Of a stretch of DNA of 64,000 bases, positions 25,803 to 35,046 are shown one piece after another; positions within the stretch are counted from its first letter, which is position 1; every line of letters begins with the position of its first letter. This DNA is from Candidatus Aceula lacicola (GTDB taxonomy: Bacteria; Omnitrophota; Gorgyraeia; Zapsychrales; Aceulaceae): the NCBI GenBank assembly GCA_030765785.1, contig JAVCCC010000032.1, forward strand, positions 5,787 through 69,786. Direction: 5' to 3'. The notes beneath the pieces were generated by a model, which saw only the letters and a program-made list of their open reading frames with translations, had not been told where the DNA came from and searched no databases. A program made the position numbers and the translations under genes.

Positions 25803-26540
25803 ATGATGAGTATTGTTATTCATTTTTTAGGGGTTTTTGTTCTTATGGCTTTTTGGGCAGCTGTTTTGTCTTTTGTTCCAATCACTTTTTATCTTCTTGC
25901 AAAAAATCCACCAATTCAAAAAATTGATCGAACTCGTTCAAAAATGATTTTTATTTTAAATCAAGAATCGTATCTTAAAAAAGCTCGAAAATTACGAATA
26001 AAGACAATTTTGCTTACTTATACACTTTCTTTAACGATCCTTTTTGGTGTACATTCTTTTAATTTAAGATCTCATGGCACAGGAATTGGTCCATTTGATA
26101 TTTTGTCAGCTTTGTCTATTGTTTTCTTCGGGTTTTCAATTTTTTCCTATGTGCCAATTTCAGTTTATTTGGCGCTGCGGAATCCTTGGAAAGATAAAGA
26201 TGAAGGAGTCTGTTTAACTAAAATATATATTAGCTATGGTGTGGCGATTTTGTGTTTTTCAATCGCTTTTGCTTTATTTTGGCTAAAAAAACATAGCATC
26301 TCTTTCGGACTATTTCAGATCGTAGCTCCCTTAGGCTACATGCTTCTTTCCTCTGTTTTTGTGGCGTATTTGCCAATTCTTTTGTATATTTCTTTACGTA
26401 TTGGAAATATTTCTCGTCAGAAGAAAATACATCCAAATATAATTTTTATTATTTACAGTCTTAGTTTTTTATTATCTTCTGCGGTATATGTTGCTTCTTG
26501 GATCAAGTCTCGAGGAGCAGGGTTAGAGAATCTTTTTTAA
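25803..26540 (+). CDS. Hypothetical polytopic membrane protein
   Basis: Multiple hydrophobic helices; no recognised motif. Confidence 0.4.
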   Translation: MMSIVIHFLGVFVLMAFWAAVLSFVPITFYLLAKNPPIQKIDRTRSKMIFILNQESYLKKARKLRIKTILLTYTLSLTILFGVHSFNLRSHGTGIGPFDILSALSIVFFGFSIFSYVPISVYLALRNPWKDKDEGVCLTKIYISYGVAILCFSIAFALFWLKKHSISFGLFQIVAPLGYMLLSSVFVAYLPILLYISLRIGNISRQKKIHPNIIFIIYSLSFLLSSAVYVASWIKSRGAGLENLF

Positions 26541-26553
26541 AAAGGAGAAAACA

Positions 26554-27798
26554 ATGTTAAAAAAAAGAATTTATTTTGGAATTTTTAAAGTGGTGGCAGT
26601 ATTTTTATTTTTTGCGATTGCTCTATTTTTTGTCGCGGCTAATGTGTCTGCACAGGATAAGTCTGATATTGATCTTTTCGTCAAAGGAAATAATCGTTTT
26701 GCTTTGAATCTTTACGGGGAACTTAAAAGCGATGAAGGAAATTTGTTCCTCTCACCTTATAGCATTTCAACAGCGCTTGCCATGACATTTGAAGGGGCTG
26801 CTGGGGAAACCCAAAGGCAAATGGCTGATGTTTTGCATTTTGATATGTCGAAAAATCGGGTAGGGCGAGCATTTCTTTATTTAGCGCAAGGTTTATCAGC
26901 CTCGGCAAATTCAGATGGATACGAGCTTAATATTGCGAATGCGCTTTGGGGAGAAAAAACCTATACGTTTTTACCAGAGTTTCTTAATCAAACAAAGGAA
27001 TTTTATGGTGGAGCGCTTCGTAATCTTGATTTTTTAAATGAAACGGAGAAGTCACGTCAGATAATTAATGCTTGGGTTGAAGAGAAAACAAAAAATAAGA
27101 TTAAGAATCTCATCGGACCAGGAGTGCTTAGTCCTGCAACAAGACTTGTTTTGACTAACGCTATTTATTTTAAGGGAGATTGGATGACTCCTTTTAAGAA
27201 TTCAGATACATTTGACAGACTGTTTTATTTTTTATCAGGCGAGAGTGCCTCTGTGCCAACAATGAATCAAATGGCACATTTTAATTATGCAGAGGATGGA
27301 GATGTTCAAGTTTTGGAAATGCCGTATAAGGGAAATCGTCTTTCTATGGTGATTATTTTATCGAAGGAAAGAGATGGCATCAGTGCATTAGAGCAGAAGT
27401 TGACTGGTCAGAATTTAGCAAAATGGATTTCGAGTCTGAAATCGCAAGATGTGAATGTTTCTTTGCCAAAGTTTGAGGCAACAGTTGAATTTTCTTTAGC
27501 GAAGACTTTAGAGGGAATGGGCATGAGAGATGCGTTCTTACCTGTAGCCGATTTTTCTGGTATGAGTGGGAATAAAGATCTTTTCATTAGCGATGTGATT
27601 CATAAAGCATTTGTTAAAGTTGATGAAAAAGGCACAGAGGCAGCAGCAGCAACGGCTGTTGTAATGACTTTTAAGGGAGTGATGATGCCGCAGGAAACAA
27701 AGAAATTTACAGCAGATCATTCTTTTATTTTTATGATTCGAGACATGCAAACTAAAAGTATTCTATTTATTGGTCGCATTATGGATCCGAGGAGCTAA
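26554..27798 (+). CDS. Serpin (serine protease inhibitor) with signal peptide; copy 1 of a tandem pair
   Basis: RBS aaaggag. Hinge 'GTEAAAATAVV' and C-terminal 'FTADHSFIFMIRD..ILFIGRIMDP'. Confidence 0.85.
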   Translation: MLKKRIYFGIFKVVAVFLFFAIALFFVAANVSAQDKSDIDLFVKGNNRFALNLYGELKSDEGNLFLSPYSISTALAMTFEGAAGETQRQMADVLHFDMSKNRVGRAFLYLAQGLSASANSDGYELNIANALWGEKTYTFLPEFLNQTKEFYGGALRNLDFLNETEKSRQIINAWVEEKTKNKIKNLIGPGVLSPATRLVLTNAIYFKGDWMTPFKNSDTFDRLFYFLSGESASVPTMNQMAHFNYAEDGDVQVLEMPYKGNRLSMVIILSKERDGISALEQKLTGQNLAKWISSLKSQDVNVSLPKFEATVEFSLAKTLEGMGMRDAFLPVADFSGMSGNKDLFISDVIHKAFVKVDEKGTEAAAATAVVMTFKGVMMPQETKKFTADHSFIFMIRDMQTKSILFIGRIMDPRS

Positions 27799-27811
27799 AA
27801 AGGAGAGGACA

Positions 27812-29053
27812 ATGTTAAGAAAGACAATTTATTTCTTTGTATTTAGAAAATTTGCAGCATTTTTATTTTTTACGATTGCTTTATTCTTTGTCGCGGCTAA
27901 TGTGTCTGCACAGGATAAGCTGGATATTGATCTTCTCGTTAAAGGTAATAATCGTTTTGCTTTGAATCTTTATGGAGAGCTTAAAAGTGATGAAGGAAAT
28001 TTGTTTTTTTCACCTTATAGCATTTCAACAGCATTGGCTATGACATTTCAAGGCACTGAAGGCCAGACACAAAGAGAGATGGCTGATGTTTTGCATTTTG
28101 ATATGTCGAAAAATAGGGTAGGGCGAGCATTTCTTTATTTAGCGCAAGGTTTATCAGCCTCGGCAAATTCAGATGGATACGAGCTTAATATTGCCAATGC
28201 GCTTTGGGGAGAAAAAACCTATACGTTTTTACCAGAGTTTCTTAATCAAACAAAAAAGTTTTATGATGGCGGGCTTCATTCAGTTGATCTTATAAATGAA
28301 CCTGAGAAAACACGTCAGGTAATCAATGCTTGGGTTGAGGAAAAAACAAAGAATAAAATTAAGGATCTTATTGGACCAGGGGTGCTTAGCTCTACAACAA
28401 GACTTGTTTTGACTAACGCTATTTATTTTAAGGGAGATTGGATGACTCCTTTTAAGAATTCAGATACATTTGACAGACTGTTTTATTTTTTATCAGGTGA
28501 TAACGCCCCTGTGTCAACAATGAACCAGACGGTACATTTTAATTATACAGAAGATGATGATGTCCAAGTTTTGGAAATGCCTTATAAAGGAGATCGCCTT
28601 TCTATGATGATTCTTTTGCCAAAGAAAAGAAATGGCATAAACGCATTAGAGCAGAAATTAACTGTCCAAAAAATAGAAAATTGGATTTCAAACCTAATCT
28701 TTCAGGAAGCAGATGTTTCTTTGCCAAAGTTTGAGACAACAGTTGAATTCTCATTAGCAGATATTTTGGAAAGAATGGGTATGAGAGATGCTTTCTCGGG
28801 TGCAGCTGATTTTTCAGGAATGACAGAAAACAAGGATCTTTTTATTGGTGCTGTTATTCACAAAGCATTTGTTAAGGTTGACGAAAAAGGAACAGAGGCA
28901 GCAGCAGCAACAGCAGTTGTGATGGAAAATTTGGCTATAATGCCACAAGATATTAAAAAATTTAACGCAGACCATCCATTTATCTTTATAATTCGAGATA
29001 TGCAAACTAAAAGTATTTTATTTATTGGTCGCATTATGGATCCGAGGAGTTAA
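27812..29053 (+). CDS. Serpin with signal peptide; copy 2 of the tandem pair, with a divergent reactive-centre loop
   Basis: RBS aaaaggagagg. ~80% aa identity to copy 1. RCL 'MENLAIMPQDIKK' compared with 'MTFKGVMMPQETKK'. Confidence 0.85.
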   Translation: MLRKTIYFFVFRKFAAFLFFTIALFFVAANVSAQDKLDIDLLVKGNNRFALNLYGELKSDEGNLFFSPYSISTALAMTFQGTEGQTQREMADVLHFDMSKNRVGRAFLYLAQGLSASANSDGYELNIANALWGEKTYTFLPEFLNQTKKFYDGGLHSVDLINEPEKTRQVINAWVEEKTKNKIKDLIGPGVLSSTTRLVLTNAIYFKGDWMTPFKNSDTFDRLFYFLSGDNAPVSTMNQTVHFNYTEDDDVQVLEMPYKGDRLSMMILLPKKRNGINALEQKLTVQKIENWISNLIFQEADVSLPKFETTVEFSLADILERMGMRDAFSGAADFSGMTENKDLFIGAVIHKAFVKVDEKGTEAAAATAVVMENLAIMPQDIKKFNADHPFIFIIRDMQTKSILFIGRIMDPRS

Positions 29054-29057
29054 GAAA

Positions 29058-29279
29058 ATGAGCAAAATTAATGAATTAATTGAATGGGATTTCTTAGGTT
29101 CACATTGTAGCCTTTATATAAAGCATTTTGTCGATGAAGAGGGAAAGAAGGGCGTGACCATGATTTTTGAAGATGTAACCAAGGAAAAAGTAACTGAAAT
29201 TGTGATTCCAGCGCGAAAATATCCAACATTTTTACGTATCATCAATGATGGCAATCGGTATTCAAATAGCATCATTTAG
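29058..29279 (+). CDS. Small hypothetical protein (73 aa) immediately downstream of the serpins
   Basis: ATG 5 nt after the serpin stop; no recognisable motif. Confidence 0.3.
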   Translation: MSKINELIEWDFLGSHCSLYIKHFVDEEGKKGVTMIFEDVTKEKVTEIVIPARKYPTFLRIINDGNRYSNSII

Positions 29280-29305
29280 TAGTTTTAATATTGACCTTTA
29301 TTTCT

Positions 29306-29334
29306 TTGACGCTTTTGGGAAACTATGCTAAAAT
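29306..29334 (+). promoter_or_regulatory. Candidate sigma70 promoter for the hldA-kdsBADC-lptCAB operon: TTGACG, 17 nt spacer, TGcTAAAAT
   Basis: -35 at 29306-29311; extended -10 at 29326-29334; gene start at 29401. Confidence 0.45.
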
Positions 29335-29400
29335 CCTTCGTTTAGAAGAGCTCCATATGTATATCTATTATTAATTATAAAAATTAGGAATTTTCATAAC

Positions 29401-30435
29401 ATGAATGATTTCAACAAGATTATTGCGTGCTTTAAGGGTAAAAAGATACTCGTTGTGGGAGACGTGATCCTGGATCAGTATATTACGGGTAGTGTTTCTC
29501 GTATTTCTCCTGAAGCGCCAGTTCCAGTTGTTAAACAAGAAGGACAGCCTCATTATACGCCAGGTGGGTCAGCTAATGTGGCGAATAATTTAAGCGCTTT
29601 AGGAGCGAAGGTTTTTTTGGTTGGTCGAGTTGGCCAGGACAGAGAAGAAAAGATTCTTAAAAAAGAGCTTAGAAAGCGCAAGATTGATGTTACAGGGCTT
29701 TTTGTAAACAAGAATGTTCCTACGGCCATTAAAACTCGGATTATTGCCCAGCATCAGCAGCTTGTTCGTGTTGATCGAGAGGATACATCTGTGCATAGCG
29801 CTGATGGCGTTGCAAATAAAATTCTTCATTTTATTGAAAAGAAAATTAAAAATATAGACGCTGTTATTATTTCAGATTATGGTAAAGGCGTGGTTACAAA
29901 GCCGCTTGTGACTAAGCTTTGTGCGCTTGCTCGTCAAAATAAGAAAGTGATTACGGTTGATCCAAAGGTTGAACATTTTAATTTTTACAATAAAGTGACA
30001 TGTATTACGCCGAATAAAAAAGAAGCAGAAAATGCAATCCGCGATATTATTATTTCTCACCATAAAGGGCGAGCTCTTAAAATTAAAGACGATAAGCTTA
30101 TAAGTTTAAAAGATGTTAGAAAAGCAGGCTCTGAGATTTTATCTCATTTAAGTCTTGAATCGCTTTTAATTACTCTTGGTGAAGAGGGTATGTATTTGTT
30201 TGAAAAAGGTAAAGAGCCATTTTTAATTCCAACGAAAGCTAAGGAAGTTTTTGATGTTTCAGGTGCAGGGGATACGGTTATTTCAGTTTTAACATTAAGC
30301 TTAACGGCAGGTGCGACTAAACAGCAAGCGGCACTTTTAGCAAATTATGCTGCAGGCGTTGTTGTTGGAAAAACAGGTGCCGTTGCTATTAAGCCTAAAG
30401 AAATTTTAGACGTTATTGATGAGGCAAATCAATGA
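29401..30435 (+). CDS. hldA: D-glycero-beta-D-manno-heptose-7-phosphate kinase (HldE domain I, stand-alone)
   Basis: 'ILVVGDVILDQYITGSVSRISPEAPVPVV' and 'DVSGAGDTVI', the pfkB/RfaE kinase domain. No adenylyltransferase domain is attached. Confidence 0.85.
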   Translation: MNDFNKIIACFKGKKILVVGDVILDQYITGSVSRISPEAPVPVVKQEGQPHYTPGGSANVANNLSALGAKVFLVGRVGQDREEKILKKELRKRKIDVTGLFVNKNVPTAIKTRIIAQHQQLVRVDREDTSVHSADGVANKILHFIEKKIKNIDAVIISDYGKGVVTKPLVTKLCALARQNKKVITVDPKVEHFNFYNKVTCITPNKKEAENAIRDIIISHHKGRALKIKDDKLISLKDVRKAGSEILSHLSLESLLITLGEEGMYLFEKGKEPFLIPTKAKEVFDVSGAGDTVISVLTLSLTAGATKQQAALLANYAAGVVVGKTGAVAIKPKEILDVIDEANQ

Positions 30436-31166
30436 GATCAATTGGAGTGATTCCTGCTCGATATGGATCAACAAGACTAAAAGGGAAGGTGTTGGCTGAT
30501 ATTTTTGGTAAACCTTTGATTCAGCATGTTTGGGAGCGGGCGAAGAAATCTAAGTTGCTGGATGATCTCATTATTGCTGCTGATGACGAGCGTGTAAGCC
30601 AAGTGTGCGAAGGATTTGGCGCTAAAGTTGTGATGACAGATAAAGAATGTGCATCCGGCTCTGATCGAATTGCGCAAGCCGTTAAAAATATAGATGCAGG
30701 CATTGTGATTAATATTCAAGGTGATGAGCCAATGCTAGACGCATCGATTATCGATGGACTTGTTGATGTTCTTAAAAAAGATAAAGATGTGCAGATGTCG
30801 ACGGCTGTTGTGAAAATGAGAAAATCAAAGGACGCACAAGATTCTAATGTGGTTAAAGCTATTGTTGATCGAAAAGGGTATGCGATTTATTTTTCTCGAT
30901 CACCTATTCCATTTGATCGGGAGGGCAAGGGTGCTCAGTATTTTAAGCATTTGGGATTCTATGGATATCGAAAAAGTTTCTTACTTGGATTTAAGGATCT
31001 TCCACCATCTGTCTTAGAGCAAGCTGAAAAGCTTGAGCAGCTTCGTGTTATCGAAGCTGGATATAAAATTAAAGTGATTGAGACAGAATTTGATACGATC
31101 GCTGTTGATACAAAAGAAGATTTGAGTAAAGTTAAAAAAGCTCTCAAGAAGAGTGGAGGTAAATAA
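30432..31166 (+). CDS. kdsB: 3-deoxy-manno-octulosonate cytidylyltransferase (CMP-Kdo synthetase)
   Basis: 'IGVIPARYGSTRLKGK' and 'INIQGDEPM'. Confidence 0.85.
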   Translation: MRSIGVIPARYGSTRLKGKVLADIFGKPLIQHVWERAKKSKLLDDLIIAADDERVSQVCEGFGAKVVMTDKECASGSDRIAQAVKNIDAGIVINIQGDEPMLDASIIDGLVDVLKKDKDVQMSTAVVKMRKSKDAQDSNVVKAIVDRKGYAIYFSRSPIPFDREGKGAQYFKHLGFYGYRKSFLLGFKDLPPSVLEQAEKLEQLRVIEAGYKIKVIETEFDTIAVDTKEDLSKVKKALKKSGGK

Positions 31167-31169
31167 TTT

Positions 31170-31991
31170 ATGTCTAAGATTATTAAAGTTGGAAATATTT
31201 CTATTGGCGGTAAAAATCCGTTTGTTTTAATTGCAGGACCATGCGTTATCGAAGGGCGTACATTTTCTATTCAATTAGCAAAAGCGCTAAAGAAGCTTGC
31301 CTGTGAATGTAAGGTTCCATTTATTTTTAAAGCAAGTTTTGATAAAGCTAATCGAACATCTATTAATTCTTTTCGAGGACCAGGGCTTAATAAAGGGTTG
31401 GCCATTCTTAAAGATATTAAAGAAAATGTCGGTGTTCCTGTCTTAAGTGATATTCATAATGTTGATCAGGTTCAAGAAGCAGCCAAGGTTTTAGATGTTA
31501 TTCAGATACCAGCGTTTTTATGTCGACAGACAGATTTGGTCGTTGCCGCCGCAAAAACAAAGAGAGTGATCAACATTAAAAAAGGACAATTTTTAGCCCC
31601 TTGGGATATTACGCAAGTTATTAAAAAAATTGAATTTGTGGGAAATAAAAAGATTCTTTTAACTGAGCGTGGCGTAAGTTTCGGATACAATAATTTAGTG
31701 AGCGATTTTCGTTCACTCAATGTGATGGCAAAAACAGGTTATCCTGTTGTGTATGATGCAACTCATAGCGTTCAGCAGCCTGGCGGATTAGGTGCTGTCT
31801 CCGGCGGAAATAATGAATATGTGCCTTTGCTGTCTCGTTGCGCTGCCGCTGCAGGTATTTCTGCGCTCTTTGTTGAGGTGCATCCTCATCCAAAGCAAGC
31901 ATTGTCGGATGGACCAAATTCCTTGGCTCTAGCTAAATTAAAAGAACTTTTAAAGACATTAACGCAAATTGATCATATTATTAAAAAGTAG
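31170..31991 (+). CDS. kdsA: 2-dehydro-3-deoxyphosphooctonate aldolase (Kdo8P synthase)
   Basis: 'FIFKASFDKANRTS' and 'VYDATHSVQQPGG'. Confidence 0.85.
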   Translation: MSKIIKVGNISIGGKNPFVLIAGPCVIEGRTFSIQLAKALKKLACECKVPFIFKASFDKANRTSINSFRGPGLNKGLAILKDIKENVGVPVLSDIHNVDQVQEAAKVLDVIQIPAFLCRQTDLVVAAAKTKRVINIKKGQFLAPWDITQVIKKIEFVGNKKILLTERGVSFGYNNLVSDFRSLNVMAKTGYPVVYDATHSVQQPGGLGAVSGGNNEYVPLLSRCAAAAGISALFVEVHPHPKQALSDGPNSLALAKLKELLKTLTQIDHIIKK

Positions 31992-32000
31992 GGTGAAAAA

Positions 32001-32960
32001 ATGGTTTTAAAACGCGCAAAATCAGTATTAGATATCGAAGCTCAATCCATTAAAGATTTAAAAAAGAATCTTGGAAAAGATTTTATTAAGGCAATTGATT
32101 TACTTGCAAGTTGTAAAGGGCGTGTTGTAGTTTCTGGTATGGGAAAAACAGGTCTTATTGGGCGAAAGATTGCAGCTACAATGTCTTCGACAGGAACTCC
32201 AAGCACATGGTTACATGCTGCTGAAGCGCTGCATGGAGACTTAGGGCAAGTGACAAAGCAGGATGTTGTTATTTTAATTTCACATAGTGGAGAAACAGAA
32301 GAGACGAAGAGACTTATTCCGTTGATTAAGAGAATTAAAATAAAATCAATTGCTTTAACAGGTAATTCTCAATCATCGTTAGGAAGATATTGCGATGTTA
32401 CGCTCAACGTTGGTGTCAAGAAAGAGGGTTGTCCTCTCGGGTTGGCGCCGATGGCATCAACAACAGTAACGCTTGCTATGGGTGATGCTTTAGCTGCTTG
32501 TCTAATTGATCGTAAAGGATTTAAAAAAGAAAATTTTGCATTTTTTCATCCCGGAGGTTCTTTGGGACGTAATTTGCTTTTAAGAGTAGAAGATATTATG
32601 CGTACTGGCAAGTATTATTCGATTGCGAAACCTGACGCAAAAGTAAAAGATGTCCTTTTGGCAATCACAAGAGCTCGATGTGGATCAGCTTGCATTGTCG
32701 ACAACAAGGGAAAGCTGAGAGGGATTTTTACAGACGGTGATTTAAGACGACATTTAAAAAGTGATGCGAATCTTTTGAATGCGCAAATTAAAAATGTCAT
32801 GACAAAGAGCCCAACAACTGTAAGTAAAGATCAGCTTGCGGCAGAAGCAATGCGGACATTGCAGGAAAAGTGCATTGATGAGGCGCCAGTTATTGATCGT
32901 AAAGGAAAATCAGTTGGACTTTTAGATGTTCAAGATTTATTGAAAGCAGGCATTGTTTAA
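32001..32960 (+). CDS. kdsD: Arabinose-5-phosphate isomerase (SIS plus tandem CBS domains)
   Basis: 'VVVSGMGKTGLIGRKIAATMSSTGT' and 'ISHSGETEE', followed by CBS repeats. Confidence 0.85.
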   Translation: MVLKRAKSVLDIEAQSIKDLKKNLGKDFIKAIDLLASCKGRVVVSGMGKTGLIGRKIAATMSSTGTPSTWLHAAEALHGDLGQVTKQDVVILISHSGETEETKRLIPLIKRIKIKSIALTGNSQSSLGRYCDVTLNVGVKKEGCPLGLAPMASTTVTLAMGDALAACLIDRKGFKKENFAFFHPGGSLGRNLLLRVEDIMRTGKYYSIAKPDAKVKDVLLAITRARCGSACIVDNKGKLRGIFTDGDLRRHLKSDANLLNAQIKNVMTKSPTTVSKDQLAAEAMRTLQEKCIDEAPVIDRKGKSVGLLDVQDLLKAGIV

Positions 32961-33492
32961 GATGGCAATATCAAAATTATTAAAAGAAAAGATTAAAAAG
33001 ATTAAAGTTCTCGTGATGGATGTCGATGGTGTTCTGACAGAGGGAAAATTGATTTTTGATGGACAGGCGAGAGAATTAAAAGCTTTTAATGTTCAAGATG
33101 GCTATGGAATCGTTATTTTGAAACGAGCAGGAATTAAAACAGTGATTATTACGGCTGGAAATTCGAAAGTTGTAAAAGTTAGAGCAGATTATTTACATAT
33201 TGATAAGCTTTATTCTGGCGCATATCCAAAGATTATTTCTTATGAGAAATTACTGAAATTTTTTAAGGTTAAGGATTCAGAAGTTTGTTTTGTTGGCGAT
33301 GATTTGACAGATTGTCAAATTCTAAAACGTGTTGGGCTTGCAATTTCTGTCAAGAATGCTGTTGCGGAAGTTAAAAGGATAACGGATTATACGACGAAAC
33401 GTTGTGGTGGTGATGGAGCGATTCGAGAAGTGATTGAGCTTCTTTTAAAGACGCAGGGCAAGTGGAATTCTTCTATTGCTCAAGATTTATAA
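32953..33492 (+). CDS. kdsC: Kdo 8-phosphate phosphatase (HAD family)
   Basis: 'LVMDVDGVLTEG' and 'VCFVGDDLTD'. Confidence 0.8.
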   Translation: MFKMAISKLLKEKIKKIKVLVMDVDGVLTEGKLIFDGQARELKAFNVQDGYGIVILKRAGIKTVIITAGNSKVVKVRADYLHIDKLYSGAYPKIISYEKLLKFFKVKDSEVCFVGDDLTDCQILKRVGLAISVKNAVAEVKRITDYTTKRCGGDGAIREVIELLLKTQGKWNSSIAQDL

Positions 33493-34290
33493 ATGAAAAA
33501 AAATACTTTTTTCTCTATTTTTATTTTTGTTGGTGTGTTATTTTGTGCTTCTTGCTTTGCTCAAGAGGGTGCGCAGGAATTTGAAGGGTTTGATTTAGTG
33601 GGTTATGGTGAAGGTGGCGAAAAGGCTTGGGATTTAAAAGGTGATACAGCGATAATTGAAGGCGATAATGTAAGCATTACAAATGTTGACGCAAATTCAT
33701 ATGGTAAAGAAAATATGAATGTTGTTGCAGAGGTTGGTAGGGTTGATAAAAAAAGTGGTAACATGCGCCTTGAAGACAATGTGGTGGTTACATCAGAGAC
33801 AGGCATGCAGCTGTTAACCGATTCTCTTGATTGGCAGAAGGATAAAGATTTGGTAACGACACAAGATGATGTGTTGATTTTGCGTGACAATATGAAAGCG
33901 ACTGGAAAAGGTGCGACAGCTCGTCCAGGCTTAAACGCTGCACAGCTTAATAAAGATGTTAAGGTTGAGTATGAGCCTGCTCCAGAAGATGGCATGGAAG
34001 GCACTGTTACGATTACGTGTGATGGTCCGATGGAAGTTGATTACGAGAATCAAACTGCTTTTTTTAGTGATAATGTTGTTGCGATTCAAAATGATCGCAA
34101 GATTGTTGCCGATCGAATGGAATTATTTTTTGATGGGGAAACAAAAAAGATTAAAGAAATGATTTGTATCGGCAATGTTTTGATTGTTCAGGGAGAGAAT
34201 ACTTCTTTTTCTGATCGAGCGATTTATAAGGCACAGGAACAAAAAATTGTTTTATCAGGTCGGCCAAAACTCCTTATGCACATAGAATAA
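33493..34290 (+). CDS. LPS transport periplasmic protein, LptC/LptA (OstA-like) family
   Basis: Signal peptide and beta-jellyroll-like repeat composition. Sits between kdsC and lptB as in the canonical kdsC-lptC-lptA-lptB order. Confidence 0.55.
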   Translation: MKKNTFFSIFIFVGVLFCASCFAQEGAQEFEGFDLVGYGEGGEKAWDLKGDTAIIEGDNVSITNVDANSYGKENMNVVAEVGRVDKKSGNMRLEDNVVVTSETGMQLLTDSLDWQKDKDLVTTQDDVLILRDNMKATGKGATARPGLNAAQLNKDVKVEYEPAPEDGMEGTVTITCDGPMEVDYENQTAFFSDNVVAIQNDRKIVADRMELFFDGETKKIKEMICIGNVLIVQGENTSFSDRAIYKAQEQKIVLSGRPKLLMHIE

Positions 34291-34303
34291 GACGAGGACA
34301 GCG

Positions 34304-35026
34304 ATGTATCTTTTGGAAACTAAGAATTTAGTTAAGATTTACGGTGGACGTCGAGTTGTTGATGGGCTGAGCATCAGAGTTGGGCGCTCAGAGATTGTTG
34401 GACTTCTTGGTCCTAACGGAGCAGGAAAAACAACCACATTTTATATGACAGTTGGTATTATTAATCCTGATGAAGGTCAGGTTCTTTTTGACCAGGAAGA
34501 CATAACAAGAAAACCGATTCATGATCGTTGTCACTTAGGGATGGGATATTTAGCACAAGAGCCATCTATTTTTCGAAAACTTACTGTCGAAGAAAATATT
34601 ATGGTTATTTTAGAAACATTAAGAATTAGTCCTCGAGAACGAAGACGACGACTTAATAATCTTTTAGAAGAATTAAATATTGGGCATTTAGCAAAAAGTA
34701 AGGCTTTTACGCTTTCTGGTGGAGAGAGAAGGCGTCTTGAGATTACGAGAGCGCTTGTAACAAATCCGTCGTTTTTATTATTGGATGAACCATTTTCTGG
34801 CATTGATCCTATTGTTGTTGCGGAAGCGCAAGAAATAATTAAGGATTTAAGAAGTAGAGGTTTGGGGATTTTATTGACGGATCATAATGTCAGAGAAACA
34901 TTGTCGATTACAGATCGAGCGTATTTAATTGCGGATGGACGTGTTTTAATTTCTGGAACGGCTGATGATCTTGTTAATGATCCGAAGGCGAGACAGATTT
35001 ATTTGGGTGATAAGTTTAGGATGTAA
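34304..35026 (+). CDS. lptB: LPS export ABC transporter ATP-binding protein
   Basis: 'LGPNGAGKTTTFYM', 'LSGGERRRLEI' and 'LLLDEPFSGIDP'. Confidence 0.85.
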   Translation: MYLLETKNLVKIYGGRRVVDGLSIRVGRSEIVGLLGPNGAGKTTTFYMTVGIINPDEGQVLFDQEDITRKPIHDRCHLGMGYLAQEPSIFRKLTVEENIMVILETLRISPRERRRRLNNLLEELNIGHLAKSKAFTLSGGERRRLEITRALVTNPSFLLLDEPFSGIDPIVVAEAQEIIKDLRSRGLGILLTDHNVRETLSITDRAYLIADGRVLISGTADDLVNDPKARQIYLGDKFRM

Positions 35027-35046
35027 CATTTTAAAAAAAAGGATAA

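Noticed and set aside
27770-27811. Upstream extensions of the serpin-2, small-ORF, serA-like, ompA-like and oxidoreductase-like ORFs (27770, 29025, 36540, 39968, 61423)
   Set aside because: In each case an internal ATG with a proper Shine-Dalgarno sequence and a sensible N-terminus (signal peptide or conserved motif) exists. The extensions overlap upstream genes or intergenic signals.
26554-29053. Serpin tandem duplication considered as a mobile-element or CRISPR-like repeat
   Set aside because: It is a two-copy protein-coding duplication with intact ORFs, not a short interspaced repeat array. No transposase, integrase (apart from the housekeeping xerC/D far upstream) or terminal inverted repeats flank it.
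33603-34004. 133-aa minus-strand ORF
   Set aside because: It lies entirely inside the lptC/A-like gene on the opposite strand, has no RBS and reads as a proline/serine-rich spurious frame.
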